Numbered from the stretch's first letter, positions 9,915-21,496 are shown. The stretch: 64,000 nt of DNA from Gemmatimonadaceae bacterium (GCA_044224875.1 JBGAJQ010000009.1:54839-118838); one strand, 5' to 3'. The notes: generated from the letters alone by a model not told the origin. Numbers and translations are program-made.

Positions 9915-12900
9915 ATGCTTATTTCAGATTTTGCGATCAAGCGACCGCTCATTACGGTCGTCGCGATGCTGACCCTCGCCGTGTTCGGGGTGTTCGCATT
10001 GTTCAAGCTGCAGACTGACGAGTTCCCGGACGTGGCACCGCCGGTGGTTACCGTCGGGCTGGTGTACCCCGGGGCGTCGCCCGACGGGGTCGAGCGCGAG
10101 GTGCTCGACCCGATCGAAGAGGCCCTGTCGGCCATCTCGGGCGTAAAGAAGGTCCTGGGCTCGGCGCAGGACGGGTTCGCCTCGATCATGGTCGAGTTCC
10201 AGTTCGACAAGCCGCTGCAGGAAGCGACGCAGGATATTCGCGACGCGATCTCCGGCATCCGAACGGACCTTCCAACCGAGATGGAAGAGCCGATCATCAA
10301 GAAGTTCAACGACACCGATCGGCCGATCGTCTCGCTGGCCCTGTCGTCCAATGGGCTCACGTCAGGCGAGCTGACGCGGCTGGCGGATCCGGGGATGACG
10401 CGTGAATTCCGCTCGATCCCAGGGGTGGCCGAAGTGGAGGTGCCCGGAAAGGTCGAGCGGGAGCTGACGGTGCAGATCAAGCCCGAGGCGCTGCAAGCCG
10501 CTGGCATTGGCGTTTCGCAGGTGGTGCAGGCGTTGCAGCTGCAAAACCTCGCCGCCCCGGTCGGGAGCATCAAGGGATCCTTGGATGAGAAGTCGATCCG
10601 GTTGAAGGGCCGGTTGAGCACACCCGAGGAGTTCGCACAGATCGTGGTGGTGGAGCGCAATGGCCAACTCGTCCGGTTGGGTCAGGTGGCCGACGTCCTC
10701 GACGCGACAGAAGAGGCACGCACCGGTGCCCTGTTCAACGGCCGAGAGGCCGTCGGCATCGACATCAAGAAGTCGGCGGGTTACAGCACCACGACCGTCG
10801 CTGCGCAGGTGCTGGCCCGTGTGGAATCCATTCGGACGGGACTTCCCACCGGCACCACGCTGGACGTCGTGAAGAACAGCGGCGAGCGGGTCGAGCACTC
10901 GGTGAGCAACGTAAAGGTCGCACTGCTCGAAGGGGCGCTGCTGACCGTGTTCGTCGTGTTCCTGTTCCTGAATTCCTGGCGGTCGACGGTCATCACGGGG
11001 TTGGCGCTGCCGGTTTCCGTGCTGGCGTCCTTCATTGCCGTCTGGGCGATGGGGTTCAAGCTGGAGACCATGTCGCTCCTGGGCCTGTCGCTGGCGATCG
11101 GTATCCTGATTGACGACGCGATCGTGGTTCGAGAGAACATCGTGCGGCACGTGGAGATGGGTAAAGACCACTACCGGGCCGCGCACGATGGCACGGACGA
11201 GATTGGTCTGGCGGTTGCTGCCACGACCTTCTCGATCCTGGCGGTCTTTGTGCCGATCGGGTTCATGCCGGGGGTTGGTGGTCAATGGTTCAAGCCGTTT
11301 GCGCTGACGATCGCGTGTTCCGTGGCCGTTTCCCTCTTCGTGTCGTTCTCGCTGGACCCGATGCTCTCCGCGTATTGGCCGGACCCACATCGCGCCGAGC
11401 ATGAGAAGTGGTGGATCACCAGACAGCTGGACAGGTTCAACCACTGGTTCAACCGACAGGCGCAGAACTACAAGCGGGTCATCGCGTGGGCGCTCGACCA
11501 TCGCGGCGCCGTGGTGGTGATCGCCCTGGGAAGTCTGTTTGGCGCGTTCACGCTGCCGACGAAGGGTCTGCCCGGGTTGGCCGTCGCCACGCTCGGGTTG
11601 GGGCTCGCGCTCTTCATCATGTCCAAGTCCACGCGCTGGTATGTCCGCTTGGTCGGTGTGGCGGCTGGTATCGCGCTGGCCGTGTTCCTGATGCCCATGG
11701 TGCCGAGTTTCCGGAACGTTGGCTTCGGGTTCGTGCCCGAGGATGACCAATCGGAGATCAATGTCACGGTGGAAACGCCGCCGGGTTCCAACATCGAGTA
11801 CACTCGGCTGAAGGTGGATGAGGCCACACGGATCGTAAAGTCGCACAAGGAGGTGCGCTACACCTATGCCACGTTAGGCGGTGGCGTCGGCGGCGCCGTG
11901 GACAAGGCATCGTTATACGTGAAGCTGGTTCCGAAGAACGAGCGATCGATGACGGTGACGCCGTTTGCGGCCATCGTCCGTCGCGAGATGGGTGCCATTG
12001 CCGGCGCCAACGTGTCGGTGTTGGCGGCCGACTGGGGTGGTGGCCGCAAGCAAGTGCAGCTCGAGATTCGCGGCAACGATCCCGTGGTGCTGAACAACTT
12101 TGCCCAGGACGCGTACAAGGCCGTGAAGACCGTGCCGGGGGCGGTGGACGTCGGGTTGTCGTCCAAGGGCCAGCGCCCTGAGTTGAACGTGGACCTGAAC
12201 CGTGGGCTGGCCAACTCGTTAGGACTTACTGTTGGTCAGATCGCCCAGGCACTGCGTCCGGCCTTCGCTGGCATCGACGCCGGCGACTGGGTGGACCCCA
12301 GTGGAGAAACCCGAGACGTGGTGGTCCGTCTGTCTGAGGACGCTCGTCGGCGCGCATCTGACCTGCGCCAGTTACCCTTGGTGGTCCTCGGTCCGAACCA
12401 GGCGCCCGCCACACTTCCCTTGGGGCAGGTGGCCAACATTACCGAGGGAATCGGGCCGGCGGTCATCAATCACCTGAACCGCGATCGAAATGTCATGATC
12501 GAGTTCAACATCGACGGCCGATCGATGGGAGAAGTGACGAACGACGCCCTTGCCAGTGTGTTGAAACTGGGGCTCCCGAATGGTATCCGCGTGAACAAGG
12601 GCGGTGAGGCAGAGCAGCAAGGAGAGGTATTCGGGCAAATCTTCTTTGCCTTGGGCGTGGCGATCATGCTGATGTACCTGATCCTCGTCATGCAGTTCGG
12701 TTCCTTCATCGATCCGCTGGCGATCCTGCTGTCGCTGCCGTTGTCGTTGATCGGCGTGTTCCTCTCGTTGTCGATCACGGCCAACACGATCAACATCATG
12801 AGCCTCATTGGCGTGATTCTGCTGATGGGTATCGTGGCCAAGAACGCCATTCTGCTCATCGACTTCGCCAAGTGGGCGCGTGAGGAACGCGGTGTGCCAC

Positions 12901-13208
12901 TTCGCGATGCGCTCATCGAGGCGGGTTCGATCCGCTTGCGCCCCATCCTCATGACCACCTTCGCACTCATCGCCGGTATGATCCCCGTCGCGATGGGTCG
13001 GGGTGAGGGCGCGCAGTTCCGTGCGCCAATGGGCATCGCGGTCATCGGCGGCGTGGTGACTTCCACCGTCCTCACGCTGCTGGCGATTCCCACGTTCTAC
13101 GAAATTCTGGACGAGTGGCGTACGGCTCTGGGTCGCAAGTTTGGATTCCGAGTCAAGCAGCAGACTGCCGAGCATCGCGTGCCGCTGGGCGCTGTGGCCG
13201 GCGACTAG
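9915..13208 (+). CDS. AcrB/AcrD/AcrF family RND efflux permease
   Basis: ISDFAIKRP, GILIDDAIVVRENI, KNAILLIDF, RLRPILMTT. 1097 aa. Confidence 0.95.
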   Translation: MLISDFAIKRPLITVVAMLTLAVFGVFALFKLQTDEFPDVAPPVVTVGLVYPGASPDGVEREVLDPIEEALSAISGVKKVLGSAQDGFASIMVEFQFDKPLQEATQDIRDAISGIRTDLPTEMEEPIIKKFNDTDRPIVSLALSSNGLTSGELTRLADPGMTREFRSIPGVAEVEVPGKVERELTVQIKPEALQAAGIGVSQVVQALQLQNLAAPVGSIKGSLDEKSIRLKGRLSTPEEFAQIVVVERNGQLVRLGQVADVLDATEEARTGALFNGREAVGIDIKKSAGYSTTTVAAQVLARVESIRTGLPTGTTLDVVKNSGERVEHSVSNVKVALLEGALLTVFVVFLFLNSWRSTVITGLALPVSVLASFIAVWAMGFKLETMSLLGLSLAIGILIDDAIVVRENIVRHVEMGKDHYRAAHDGTDEIGLAVAATTFSILAVFVPIGFMPGVGGQWFKPFALTIACSVAVSLFVSFSLDPMLSAYWPDPHRAEHEKWWITRQLDRFNHWFNRQAQNYKRVIAWALDHRGAVVVIALGSLFGAFTLPTKGLPGLAVATLGLGLALFIMSKSTRWYVRLVGVAAGIALAVFLMPMVPSFRNVGFGFVPEDDQSEINVTVETPPGSNIEYTRLKVDEATRIVKSHKEVRYTYATLGGGVGGAVDKASLYVKLVPKNERSMTVTPFAAIVRREMGAIAGANVSVLAADWGGGRKQVQLEIRGNDPVVLNNFAQDAYKAVKTVPGAVDVGLSSKGQRPELNVDLNRGLANSLGLTVGQIAQALRPAFAGIDAGDWVDPSGETRDVVVRLSEDARRRASDLRQLPLVVLGPNQAPATLPLGQVANITEGIGPAVINHLNRDRNVMIEFNIDGRSMGEVTNDALASVLKLGLPNGIRVNKGGEAEQQGEVFGQIFFALGVAIMLMYLILVMQFGSFIDPLAILLSLPLSLIGVFLSLSITANTINIMSLIGVILLMGIVAKNAILLIDFAKWAREERGVPLRDALIEAGSIRLRPILMTTFALIAGMIPVAMGRGEGAQFRAPMGIAVIGGVVTSTVLTLLAIPTFYEILDEWRTALGRKFGFRVKQQTAEHRVPLGAVAGD

Positions 13209-13239
13209 TTCTCCGGTCCGTTCCGGGAATCGCGAAGGA

Positions 13240-13282
13240 AACGGTCGCGTCGACATGCTGTCGGCGCGACCGTTAGTGTTCT
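13240..13282 (+). terminator. Hairpin after the RND operon, probable terminator
   Basis: AACGGTCGCGTCGACA-TGC-TGTCGGCGCGACCGTT (one G-U pair) with a weak T tail. Confidence 0.55.
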
Positions 13283-13440
13283 GTCAGCGAACGAATAAGC
13301 GTATGAAGGGTGACCGGCGATTGCCGCTTACAGCGACGCCGCACAGGGTTCAGGTATCGTGATCGATGCACGCACGTTGGCAGTGTTGATTTGAGTCTGC
13401 GGAAGAAGCGCCTCTCGAGCCCATTCACGTAACGGCGACT

Positions 13441-14097
13441 GTGTTGTTTTCGAAGGCCCTCCTGATTGTTGTCGCGGCGAAGCCCCTCCTGGCCAAACTG
13501 GAGGCGTTTTGGGCGTACGTGACACTCGGGGCGTCGGCGATCGTCACCGAGGAGTTGGCGCCACTGGTCGGTGGGTTCGCCGCCGAGCAAGGGCATTTGG
13601 GCTTTACACGTGCCGCTCTCGCGAGCGCCGTAGGGGTGTGGGTGGCGACGTGTCTGCTCTACTTGATAGGTCGGTGGCGGGCCGCGTGGGTTCGCCTCAA
13701 GCTGCGTCGGTCCCCGCCCGTCGTGAAGAAGTTGTTGCGGGCCATGCGATGGAACCCGTGGCGTAGCACGATTCTGGCACGGTTCATTTTCGGCGGTCGG
13801 ATTGCGGTGCCGCTGGCCTGCGGCGCGGCGCACGTGCCGTTGCGGATCTTCCTGACCGGGAGTGCGATTGCGGCGGCCGCGTGGTCCCTCATTTTCACCG
13901 CGTTAGGCTGGTTCTTCGGAGAAAGCGCCGTGCTCCTGGTTGGTCACGTCCGCCGATACGAGGACGAGTTGGTGTTGCTATTGATCGCCATCGCCCTCGC
14001 GGCGTTCCTCTGGCTGCGCCGGCGACAGACGAAGGCGGTCGCCGTGGAGGCGCAAGCGGCGGAGCAGGGTACAGGTCCCGGCTCCGGCAGCAGTTGA
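13441..14097 (+). CDS. DedA/SNARE-associated membrane protein
   Basis: EELAPLVGG, LYLIGRW, ILARFIFGGRIAVPLACG DedA motifs. Confidence 0.85.
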   Translation: MLFSKALLIVVAAKPLLAKLEAFWAYVTLGASAIVTEELAPLVGGFAAEQGHLGFTRAALASAVGVWVATCLLYLIGRWRAAWVRLKLRRSPPVVKKLLRAMRWNPWRSTILARFIFGGRIAVPLACGAAHVPLRIFLTGSAIAAAAWSLIFTALGWFFGESAVLLVGHVRRYEDELVLLLIAIALAAFLWLRRRQTKAVAVEAQAAEQGTGPGSGSS

Positions 14098-14264
14098 CGG
14101 GCCACTCCCGGTCGATGACGTCGCACGAGGCATGGGAGCATTGGCATCGCGTGGCAAAATGCCGCATCGTCTGACGGCCTTACGATCGGTTCATCACTTC
14201 TCGTCGGGGAGGTGAATCGGGGAGCGTGTGTGAAAGGGAGAACCATTGTTCCGAGGGCCAGGTC

Positions 14265-14723
14265 ATGAAGGGAATGCGCGGTATTCGAATCCTTGTTGGC
14301 GTCGGCATCGTTGGCGCGTGCGCCGTGTCGTGCAGCTCCGCGGTGCAGAGCCCTGTTGGGCCGCTCCAGTACGCGTCGGCGACGCCATCGTGCGGTCCCG
14401 CCGACGGGCCGGCGGTTGCGATCCTGCTATCTGGGAATCCAGATGTGACGTCGGCGTACCCATCGTATCCGCTGGTGCGGGTGGCGATCTGGCGATCCCT
14501 GTCGGAGGCGCGTGGCAAAACCGTGCAGCTTGTCGGCGACAACGGCTTTGCAGCGTATTCGCGATCTGCGGATGACATCGTCGGTGCAACGCGCGGGTCT
14601 GTCACGATCGACGCGGGCACGGAGGCGGTGACGGGGACCGTCGACTTGACGTTCCCCAATCGAGAGCCTGTTCGTGGTCGGTTTTCGGCGGTGTGGATCG
14701 AGCGCCAGATACTCTGCGGGTAG
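14265..14723 (+). CDS. Hypothetical secreted protein or lipoprotein
   Basis: Basic-hydrophobic N-terminus with Cys (VGACAVSC), CGPADGPA motif, C-terminal CG. Confidence 0.55.
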   Translation: MKGMRGIRILVGVGIVGACAVSCSSAVQSPVGPLQYASATPSCGPADGPAVAILLSGNPDVTSAYPSYPLVRVAIWRSLSEARGKTVQLVGDNGFAAYSRSADDIVGATRGSVTIDAGTEAVTGTVDLTFPNREPVRGRFSAVWIERQILCG

Positions 14724-14746
14724 TCGTTAGGCCGCGCCGATCGCTG

Positions 14747-15982
14747 CTAGCCGATTCGCCTGAACGCCAGGACGCCGTTCTGTCCACCGAATCCAAACGA
14801 GTTGGATAGCGCCGCATCCACGCGAACCTCGCGCGCGACATTTGGCACGACATCGAGCGGACATTCCTCGTCCGGCACTTCGAAGTTGATAGTCGGGGGA
14901 ATGACCCCGTGGTGCAGGGTGAGCGCGGTGGCCGCTGCCTCAATGGCTCCGGCGGCACCCAGGGCGTGGCCGACCATCGACTTGATTGAGCTGACGGGCG
15001 GAGGCGGCCCAAAGACTGAGAGAATCGCCTTGGACTCACTGCGATCGTTCGCTTGCGTCGAGGTGCCGTGCGCGTTGATGTACCCGACGTCGCTGGTGTT
15101 CAGGCGTGCGTCGGCCAGCGCCAATGTCATCGCCATGGCGGCCCATGTGCCGTTCGGCTCCGGCTGCGCGATGCCGAACGCGTCACTGGTCATGCCAAAG
15201 CCGGCGACTTCCGCCAGCGGCACGGCGCCGCGCGCCTTGGCATGGGCGAGTGTTTCCAGCACCAGCACCGCAGCCCCTTCGGCCATCACGAAGCCGTCGC
15301 GCCCCTTGTCGAACGGGCGGCTGGCGCGCTTGGGGTCGTCATTGCGCTTCGACAGGGCACCCATCGCGGCATATCCATTCAGCACATACGGCGTCATCGT
15401 GGACTCGGCCCCACCCGCCAGCATCACGTCGGCCTGTCCCGCGCGCAACAGGTTGAGCGCCATCCCGATTGAGTGCGCGCCTGAGGCGCACGCGGACACC
15501 GCCGCGAAGTTGGGTCCATGGATGCCCAGGGCAATCGCAGCCTGACACGTCGGCATGTTGGGGATGACCTTCGGTACACAAAATGGCGAGATCGCGTTCG
15601 CGCCTCGACTCAAGAAGTTCTGGTGTTGCTCTTCCAACTCGTTGTAGTCACCGGCGGCACAGCCGATGCAGCAGCCGACACGATGCGATGCTTCGCGTTG
15701 GAGGTCGAGGCCGGCGTCCTTGACGGCCTGGATGGCCGCACATGCCGCCAGCTGCGAATTCCGGCCCATTCGGCCGGCTTGCTTCCGCGGCAAGTACGTG
15801 AGCGGATCGAAATTGACGACCTCGGCGGCGATGCGTGTCGCGTATGGTGCGGCGTCGAACGCACGGATCGGCCCGATACCGGACGTGCCGCTGGTGAGCG
15901 CCTGCCAGAAGTCCTGACGGCTCAATCCCACACACGTCATGACGCCAATGCCGGTGACGACGACGGTGACCTGGTTACTCAT
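14747..15982 (-). CDS. fabF: Beta-ketoacyl-ACP synthase II
   Basis: VVVTGIG, catalytic Cys in SACASG, His in INAHGTST and KSMVGHALGAAG, SNSFGFGGQN. Confidence 0.93.
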   Translation of the reverse strand: MSNQVTVVVTGIGVMTCVGLSRQDFWQALTSGTSGIGPIRAFDAAPYATRIAAEVVNFDPLTYLPRKQAGRMGRNSQLAACAAIQAVKDAGLDLQREASHRVGCCIGCAAGDYNELEEQHQNFLSRGANAISPFCVPKVIPNMPTCQAAIALGIHGPNFAAVSACASGAHSIGMALNLLRAGQADVMLAGGAESTMTPYVLNGYAAMGALSKRNDDPKRASRPFDKGRDGFVMAEGAAVLVLETLAHAKARGAVPLAEVAGFGMTSDAFGIAQPEPNGTWAAMAMTLALADARLNTSDVGYINAHGTSTQANDRSESKAILSVFGPPPPVSSIKSMVGHALGAAGAIEAAATALTLHHGVIPPTINFEVPDEECPLDVVPNVAREVRVDAALSNSFGFGGQNGVLAFRRIG

Positions 15983-17421
15983 GCCAGTTCCTCAGCCGCC
16001 AGCTGCAAGAGTCGCCATGCCTCGGCGACGTGAGCGCGTTCGGTGCGAAGATTGCCGATGGCCACGCGGATCACGTACGTTCCGTTCAGCTTCGTGTGCG
16101 AGAGATATACACGACCGCTGGCATTCACGCGTTCCATTATCGCCGCATTCAGGCGTTCCCGCTCCTGCTCGGACGTTCCCGGCGGCGCATAGCGAAGGCA
16201 GACGAGCGAGAAGTGGACTGGCGCCGCCACTTCCCAGTCTGGTGTGGTTCGAACCCAATCGGCGAGGGACTGGGCGCTGGCGAGATGATCGCGCAGTCGC
16301 TCGGCAATGCCATCGACACCGAAGGCACGAATAACCATCCACAGCTTCAACGCCCGAAAGCGGCGGCCGAGCTGCACGCCGTAGTCCATCAGGTTCACGA
16401 CGTCATCGCCCGTCGACGTGATGAGGTACTCGGGAACAAGGGCAAAGGCACGCTTGAGTATCTCTGGGCGGCGCGTGTACATGGCGGAGAGGTCGACCGG
16501 CGTGAAGAGCCATTTGTGTGGGTTCACAACGAGCGAATCCGCACGTTCCACTCCGTCCATGATGTGTCGCTGCTCTGGTATCACCGCGGCTACGCCCGCG
16601 TACGACGCATCCACGTGCAGCCAGAGGCGCTCCTTGGCGCATATGTCGGCGACGGCCGGGACGGGGTCGATGCTGGCGCTGCTGGTGGTGCCGATGGTGG
16701 CCACGACGGCGACCGGGAGCATGCCGCGCGCGCGATCTTCGGCGATGCGTTCGGCCAAGACGTCCGGGCGCATGCGAAAGGCGGCGTCCACGTGGACATG
16801 CACCACATTGTCGTGCCCGAAGCCTAACGTGATCGCGCCCTTGTCGACGGACGAATGACAGTGGGCCGATGTATACACGCGGAGCACGGGAAGGTCGCTC
16901 CGCCCGGCCATGCCGCGTGCCCGAATATCGAGTTCCGGCTTTGCCTCGCGCGCCGCCGCCAGCGCCAACATCGTCGAGATGGAGGCCGTATCGTTGATGA
17001 CGCCAAACCAACCGGGTGCCAGGCCTAGCATCTGTCGAAGCCAGTCGAGCGAGCGTTCCTCCAGTTCGGTGACCGCCGGGGACGTCTTCCACAGCATGCC
17101 GTTCACATTCAAAGCCGCGGCGAGCATCTCAGCGAGGACGCCGGGCGTGGAGCCGGTGATGGCGAAGTAGGCCATGAAGCCGGGATGTTGCCAGTGCGTG
17201 ATGCCTGGCAGCACGATGCGTTCGAAGTCGTCCAGGATCTCACCAAGCGGCTCCGGAGCTGCAGGAGGCGATGCAGGGAGCTGTCGCTTGATGTCGCCAG
17301 GAGCAACGCGCGAGACCACCGGGTACCGTGACGGATCGGTGAGATAGTCCTCGATCCAGTGCGTAACCCGCTCGAGGGCGGCGTGAAATTCCCCGGGCGC
17401 CACGTCGTGGGAGAGGCTCAT
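15979..17421 (-). CDS. PLP-dependent group II decarboxylase (aromatic-L-amino-acid/DOPA decarboxylase-like)
   Basis: PGITHWQHPGFMAYF, SPAVTELE, WLHVDASYAG, NPHKW PLP lysine, LGRRFRALKLW. Confidence 0.92.
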   Translation of the reverse strand: MSLSHDVAPGEFHAALERVTHWIEDYLTDPSRYPVVSRVAPGDIKRQLPASPPAAPEPLGEILDDFERIVLPGITHWQHPGFMAYFAITGSTPGVLAEMLAAALNVNGMLWKTSPAVTELEERSLDWLRQMLGLAPGWFGVINDTASISTMLALAAAREAKPELDIRARGMAGRSDLPVLRVYTSAHCHSSVDKGAITLGFGHDNVVHVHVDAAFRMRPDVLAERIAEDRARGMLPVAVVATIGTTSSASIDPVPAVADICAKERLWLHVDASYAGVAAVIPEQRHIMDGVERADSLVVNPHKWLFTPVDLSAMYTRRPEILKRAFALVPEYLITSTGDDVVNLMDYGVQLGRRFRALKLWMVIRAFGVDGIAERLRDHLASAQSLADWVRTTPDWEVAAPVHFSLVCLRYAPPGTSEQERERLNAAIMERVNASGRVYLSHTKLNGTYVIRVAIGNLRTERAHVAEAWRLLQLAAEELA

Positions 17422-17459
17422 ACGGCAAATCTGGCGGCGTGGTCAGGCACCGGCGAGGG

Positions 17460-18434
17460 CTACGGGACCTCCTCCAGCATGGCGCGTGTCGCGCCGTCCT
17501 CGCTATTCTCGGCGACGCGCTCACTGGCTCGCGCCGCCGCGGTTGTTCCACTGAACGTCGTAATGGCCGCGACGGCGCCTACGATGACTGTGGCAGCCAG
17601 CCCGACCCGCCACGTGAGTTCCTCATCGGCGAAGAGCCAGCCAAGGAGTACGGCCACCACGGGATTCACGTACGCATAGGTCGCGACCTTTGCGGGCGTG
17701 GTGGTGCGCAGCAGGAACACAAAGGAGGAGAAGCCGACCAGCGAGCCGAAGATCACGAGGTAGACGAAGCCGACCCACGAGCGCGTGGACACCTGGTCCA
17801 GAGAGAAGCCGTCGAACTGCCTGGTCAGGAGCGCGAACGTGGTCAGCACGAGGCCGCCGCAGAACATGTGCATGGCACTGCCAAGCAGCGCCGATGACGG
17901 GCGTGGGGCATGGCGGGAGTAGATGGAGCCGAAGGACCACGAGATGGAACCCGCGAGTACGACCCCGGCACCTAACAAGTCGATTCCGCCGCCGGACGTG
18001 AGTCCGGGTCCGAGGAGCAAACCGACGCCTATGATGCCGGCCACTAGGCCCACGAGCACGCCGGAGCGGGGACGCTCACCACTCCCACGCCACCAATCGA
18101 AGCTGACCATCCACACCGGTGTCATCGCCACCAGCAACGATGCGACCCCCGATGGAATGCGCCGCTCGGCGAAAGCCACCGATGCGTTGGAGCTCATGAG
18201 CAGTGCGCCGACGACGAGGCTCGCCCGCCACATGGGGAGTGTCGGCTTCTCGGCGCCGCGCCAGCGCGTCCACAGGTACAACATCGCGCCGGCCATGGCG
18301 AAGCGAATACCCGCCATGGGGACCGGTGGCAACGTCTCCACCGCAAAGCGGATGAAGAGGTAGGTGGAGCCCCAGAAGATGTAGACGGAGGCAAAGCCCG
18401 CCAGGACGGCGCCGCGCGTGGCCTTCACTTCCAT
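17460..18434 (-). CDS. EamA/DMT family transporter (YedA-like)
   Basis: VYIFWGSTYLFIR, TYAYVNPVVAVLLG, about 10 TM segments. ATG 18434 overlaps the upstream permease stop. Confidence 0.9.
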   Translation of the reverse strand: MEVKATRGAVLAGFASVYIFWGSTYLFIRFAVETLPPVPMAGIRFAMAGAMLYLWTRWRGAEKPTLPMWRASLVVGALLMSSNASVAFAERRIPSGVASLLVAMTPVWMVSFDWWRGSGERPRSGVLVGLVAGIIGVGLLLGPGLTSGGGIDLLGAGVVLAGSISWSFGSIYSRHAPRPSSALLGSAMHMFCGGLVLTTFALLTRQFDGFSLDQVSTRSWVGFVYLVIFGSLVGFSSFVFLLRTTTPAKVATYAYVNPVVAVLLGWLFADEELTWRVGLAATVIVGAVAAITTFSGTTAAARASERVAENSEDGATRAMLEEVP

Positions 18435-19531
18435 CGGAACAGACGTAGCGCGAGGATAAACGACACCACACACCACGCCCCGGCGATCGCCCACTCGCTG
18501 GAAAGCACGCCCCATCCCTCGCCACGGAGCATCACCGCGCGTAGCCCATCAACCACGGCCGTCAGCGGCAACGCCTGAATGACCGGTTGCACCGCCGCGG
18601 GAAAGTTCTCCGCCGAAAAGAAGATCCCGGAACCCACCCACATGGGGAGCATGACCAGGTTCATGAGTCCCGATGCGCCTTCCACCGTTCGCGCGCGCGC
18701 CGCGATCAAGAGGCCAATCGAGCCGAACGTAAGCGTCCCCAGCAGGCAGGTGGCTCCGTACAGGAGCACCGAGCCGCGCATTGGCACGCCAAACGCCAAC
18801 ACGCCGAACAACGTGATAACGGTTGCCTCGATCACCAGCAGGACCAATCGCATGAGCAGGAACGACATGAGGTACTGCGTGCGCGACATTGGTGTGGCCA
18901 CGAATCGCTTCAACAGCTTCTTCCGACGAGCGTCCACGATGCCGAAGCCGATGCCCCAGATGCCACTTCCCATGAGGTTCATGGCGAGGAGGCCGGGGAC
19001 GACGAAATCGATGTAGCGCGACCCGCGCTCGCTCACCTGCGACACCTGCACGGGCACGGGATCCTGTCTGCCCGCCGCCCGCTGGAGCACCGCATCGAGC
19101 TGCAGCCGCGCCGTACGCGCTTCGGGGCGCGCATCGTCGTAGCGATACTCCACGCCCCCGTTCACGCCGGGCACGATCACGAGCGCCACACTACCGACCT
19201 GCAACGCGCGATCGGCGGCGGAGTCCGAGAGGAGCTGGACCTTGAGCGAAGAATCGCGCGCCAGCATGTCGCGTAGCGAATCCGCGCCCGGGCGAGTGGC
19301 CAGCACACCGATCTTCGAGATGTCGGCTGGCCGGGAGCGGAAGGCGATGCCCAGCCCAGTCGCCAGCAACAACGGGAAGAGGAATGTCCAGAACACCGCC
19401 TCTGGCTCGCGCAGGAATTCGCGCAGGCGCAGGAGCGACAGCTGCAACAATGGCGACGGCCGACGGTAGTCCTGCCCGCCCAATGAATCGCGCCGGCCAC
19501 TGGCGACCCCAGTTGGCGATTCAGGTGTCAC
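18425..19531 (-). CDS. ABC-2 type transporter permease
   Basis: REFLREPEAVFWTFLFP, RYIDFVVPGLLAMNLM, LPLTAVVDGLRAVML. Confidence 0.9.
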   Translation of the reverse strand: MTPESPTGVASGRRDSLGGQDYRRPSPLLQLSLLRLREFLREPEAVFWTFLFPLLLATGLGIAFRSRPADISKIGVLATRPGADSLRDMLARDSSLKVQLLSDSAADRALQVGSVALVIVPGVNGGVEYRYDDARPEARTARLQLDAVLQRAAGRQDPVPVQVSQVSERGSRYIDFVVPGLLAMNLMGSGIWGIGFGIVDARRKKLLKRFVATPMSRTQYLMSFLLMRLVLLVIEATVITLFGVLAFGVPMRGSVLLYGATCLLGTLTFGSIGLLIAARARTVEGASGLMNLVMLPMWVGSGIFFSAENFPAAVQPVIQALPLTAVVDGLRAVMLRGEGWGVLSSEWAIAGAWCVVSFILALRLFRWK

Positions 19532-20465
19532 GCAGGTGCCTCCCGGTCAACGACACGAAAACGTCTTCCAGCGTGGGGGTATGCGTGCGCAACTCGGCCA
19601 CCCCGACGCCTGCCCGATTCACCAAGGCCAAGAGGGCGGGGAGGGCCACGTGCGCGGCCGTGACCTGCAACGAAACCACAGGTCCGTCCACACGAACGCT
19701 CAACACGCCCTCCAAGGCGGCGAGGGCGGACTGGTCCAACTCCTGCGCCGCCCCATCCCGCATGGTGAGCTCCACCATCTGGTCGGCACCTAACGACCGC
19801 ACCAGCTCACGCGGCGTGCCTTCGGCGATCACCTTGCCGTGATCGACGATGGCAATCCGGTCACACAGCCGCTCGGCCTCATCCATATAGTGCGTGGTCA
19901 GCACGATCGTCCGGCCCATCAGCCGCAACCGGTCAACCAGTTCCCACAGCTGCCGCCGAGACTGTGGATCCAGCCCGGTGGTGGGTTCGTCGAGGAAGAG
20001 CAACTCCGGGTCGCCCACCAAGGCGCAGGCGATCGATAACCGCTGCTTTTGTCCGCCAGACAAGCCGCCGACCCGGCTCGACTGCTTCTCTTCCAACTGG
20101 ACCAGGGCGATGACCTCCGCCGTGGACGGGCCGTGTTCATAGAAGCTTCGAAAGAGCGTCACCATCTCGTTGACGGTGATCTTCTCCGAAAACTGCGTCT
20201 CCTGCAGTTGCACACCCAGTCGCTGGCGTAGCTCGCGCTCGTCCGATTCCCAGCGCTTGCCGAGGACCACCACCTCGCCGGAATCGGGGGGCAGCAGTCC
20301 CTCACAGATCTCGATAGTGGTGGTCTTGCCGGCACCGTTCGGACCCAGCAGTCCAAAACACTCGCCACGCGCCACTTTCAGGTCGAGTGAATCGACCGCC
20401 ACCACATCGGCGTACGCTTTCCTCAGGCCGCGCACCTCGAGTGCGAACGAGCTGCTAGCTGTCAT
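19521..20465 (-). CDS. ABC transporter ATP-binding protein
   Basis: GPNGAGKTT, LSGGQKQR, LFLDEPTTGLD. Confidence 0.95.
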   Translation of the reverse strand: MTASSSFALEVRGLRKAYADVVAVDSLDLKVARGECFGLLGPNGAGKTTTIEICEGLLPPDSGEVVVLGKRWESDERELRQRLGVQLQETQFSEKITVNEMVTLFRSFYEHGPSTAEVIALVQLEEKQSSRVGGLSGGQKQRLSIACALVGDPELLFLDEPTTGLDPQSRRQLWELVDRLRLMGRTIVLTTHYMDEAERLCDRIAIVDHGKVIAEGTPRELVRSLGADQMVELTMRDGAAQELDQSALAALEGVLSVRVDGPVVSLQVTAAHVALPALLALVNRAGVGVAELRTHTPTLEDVFVSLTGRHLRDT

Positions 20466-20603
20466 GGCCGGAGTGTAATAGCATCACCGTCCAGACGGGG
20501 GCCTACCTGTTGCCGTCCCTGTCTGAATTTCCGATCGCTCGACACGTCTGTCCGCCGCGCGCCCGCGGTGCGACCATTGTCATCGTCGCTCACCTCGCCA
20601 GCC

Positions 20604-21496
<893 letters not shown>

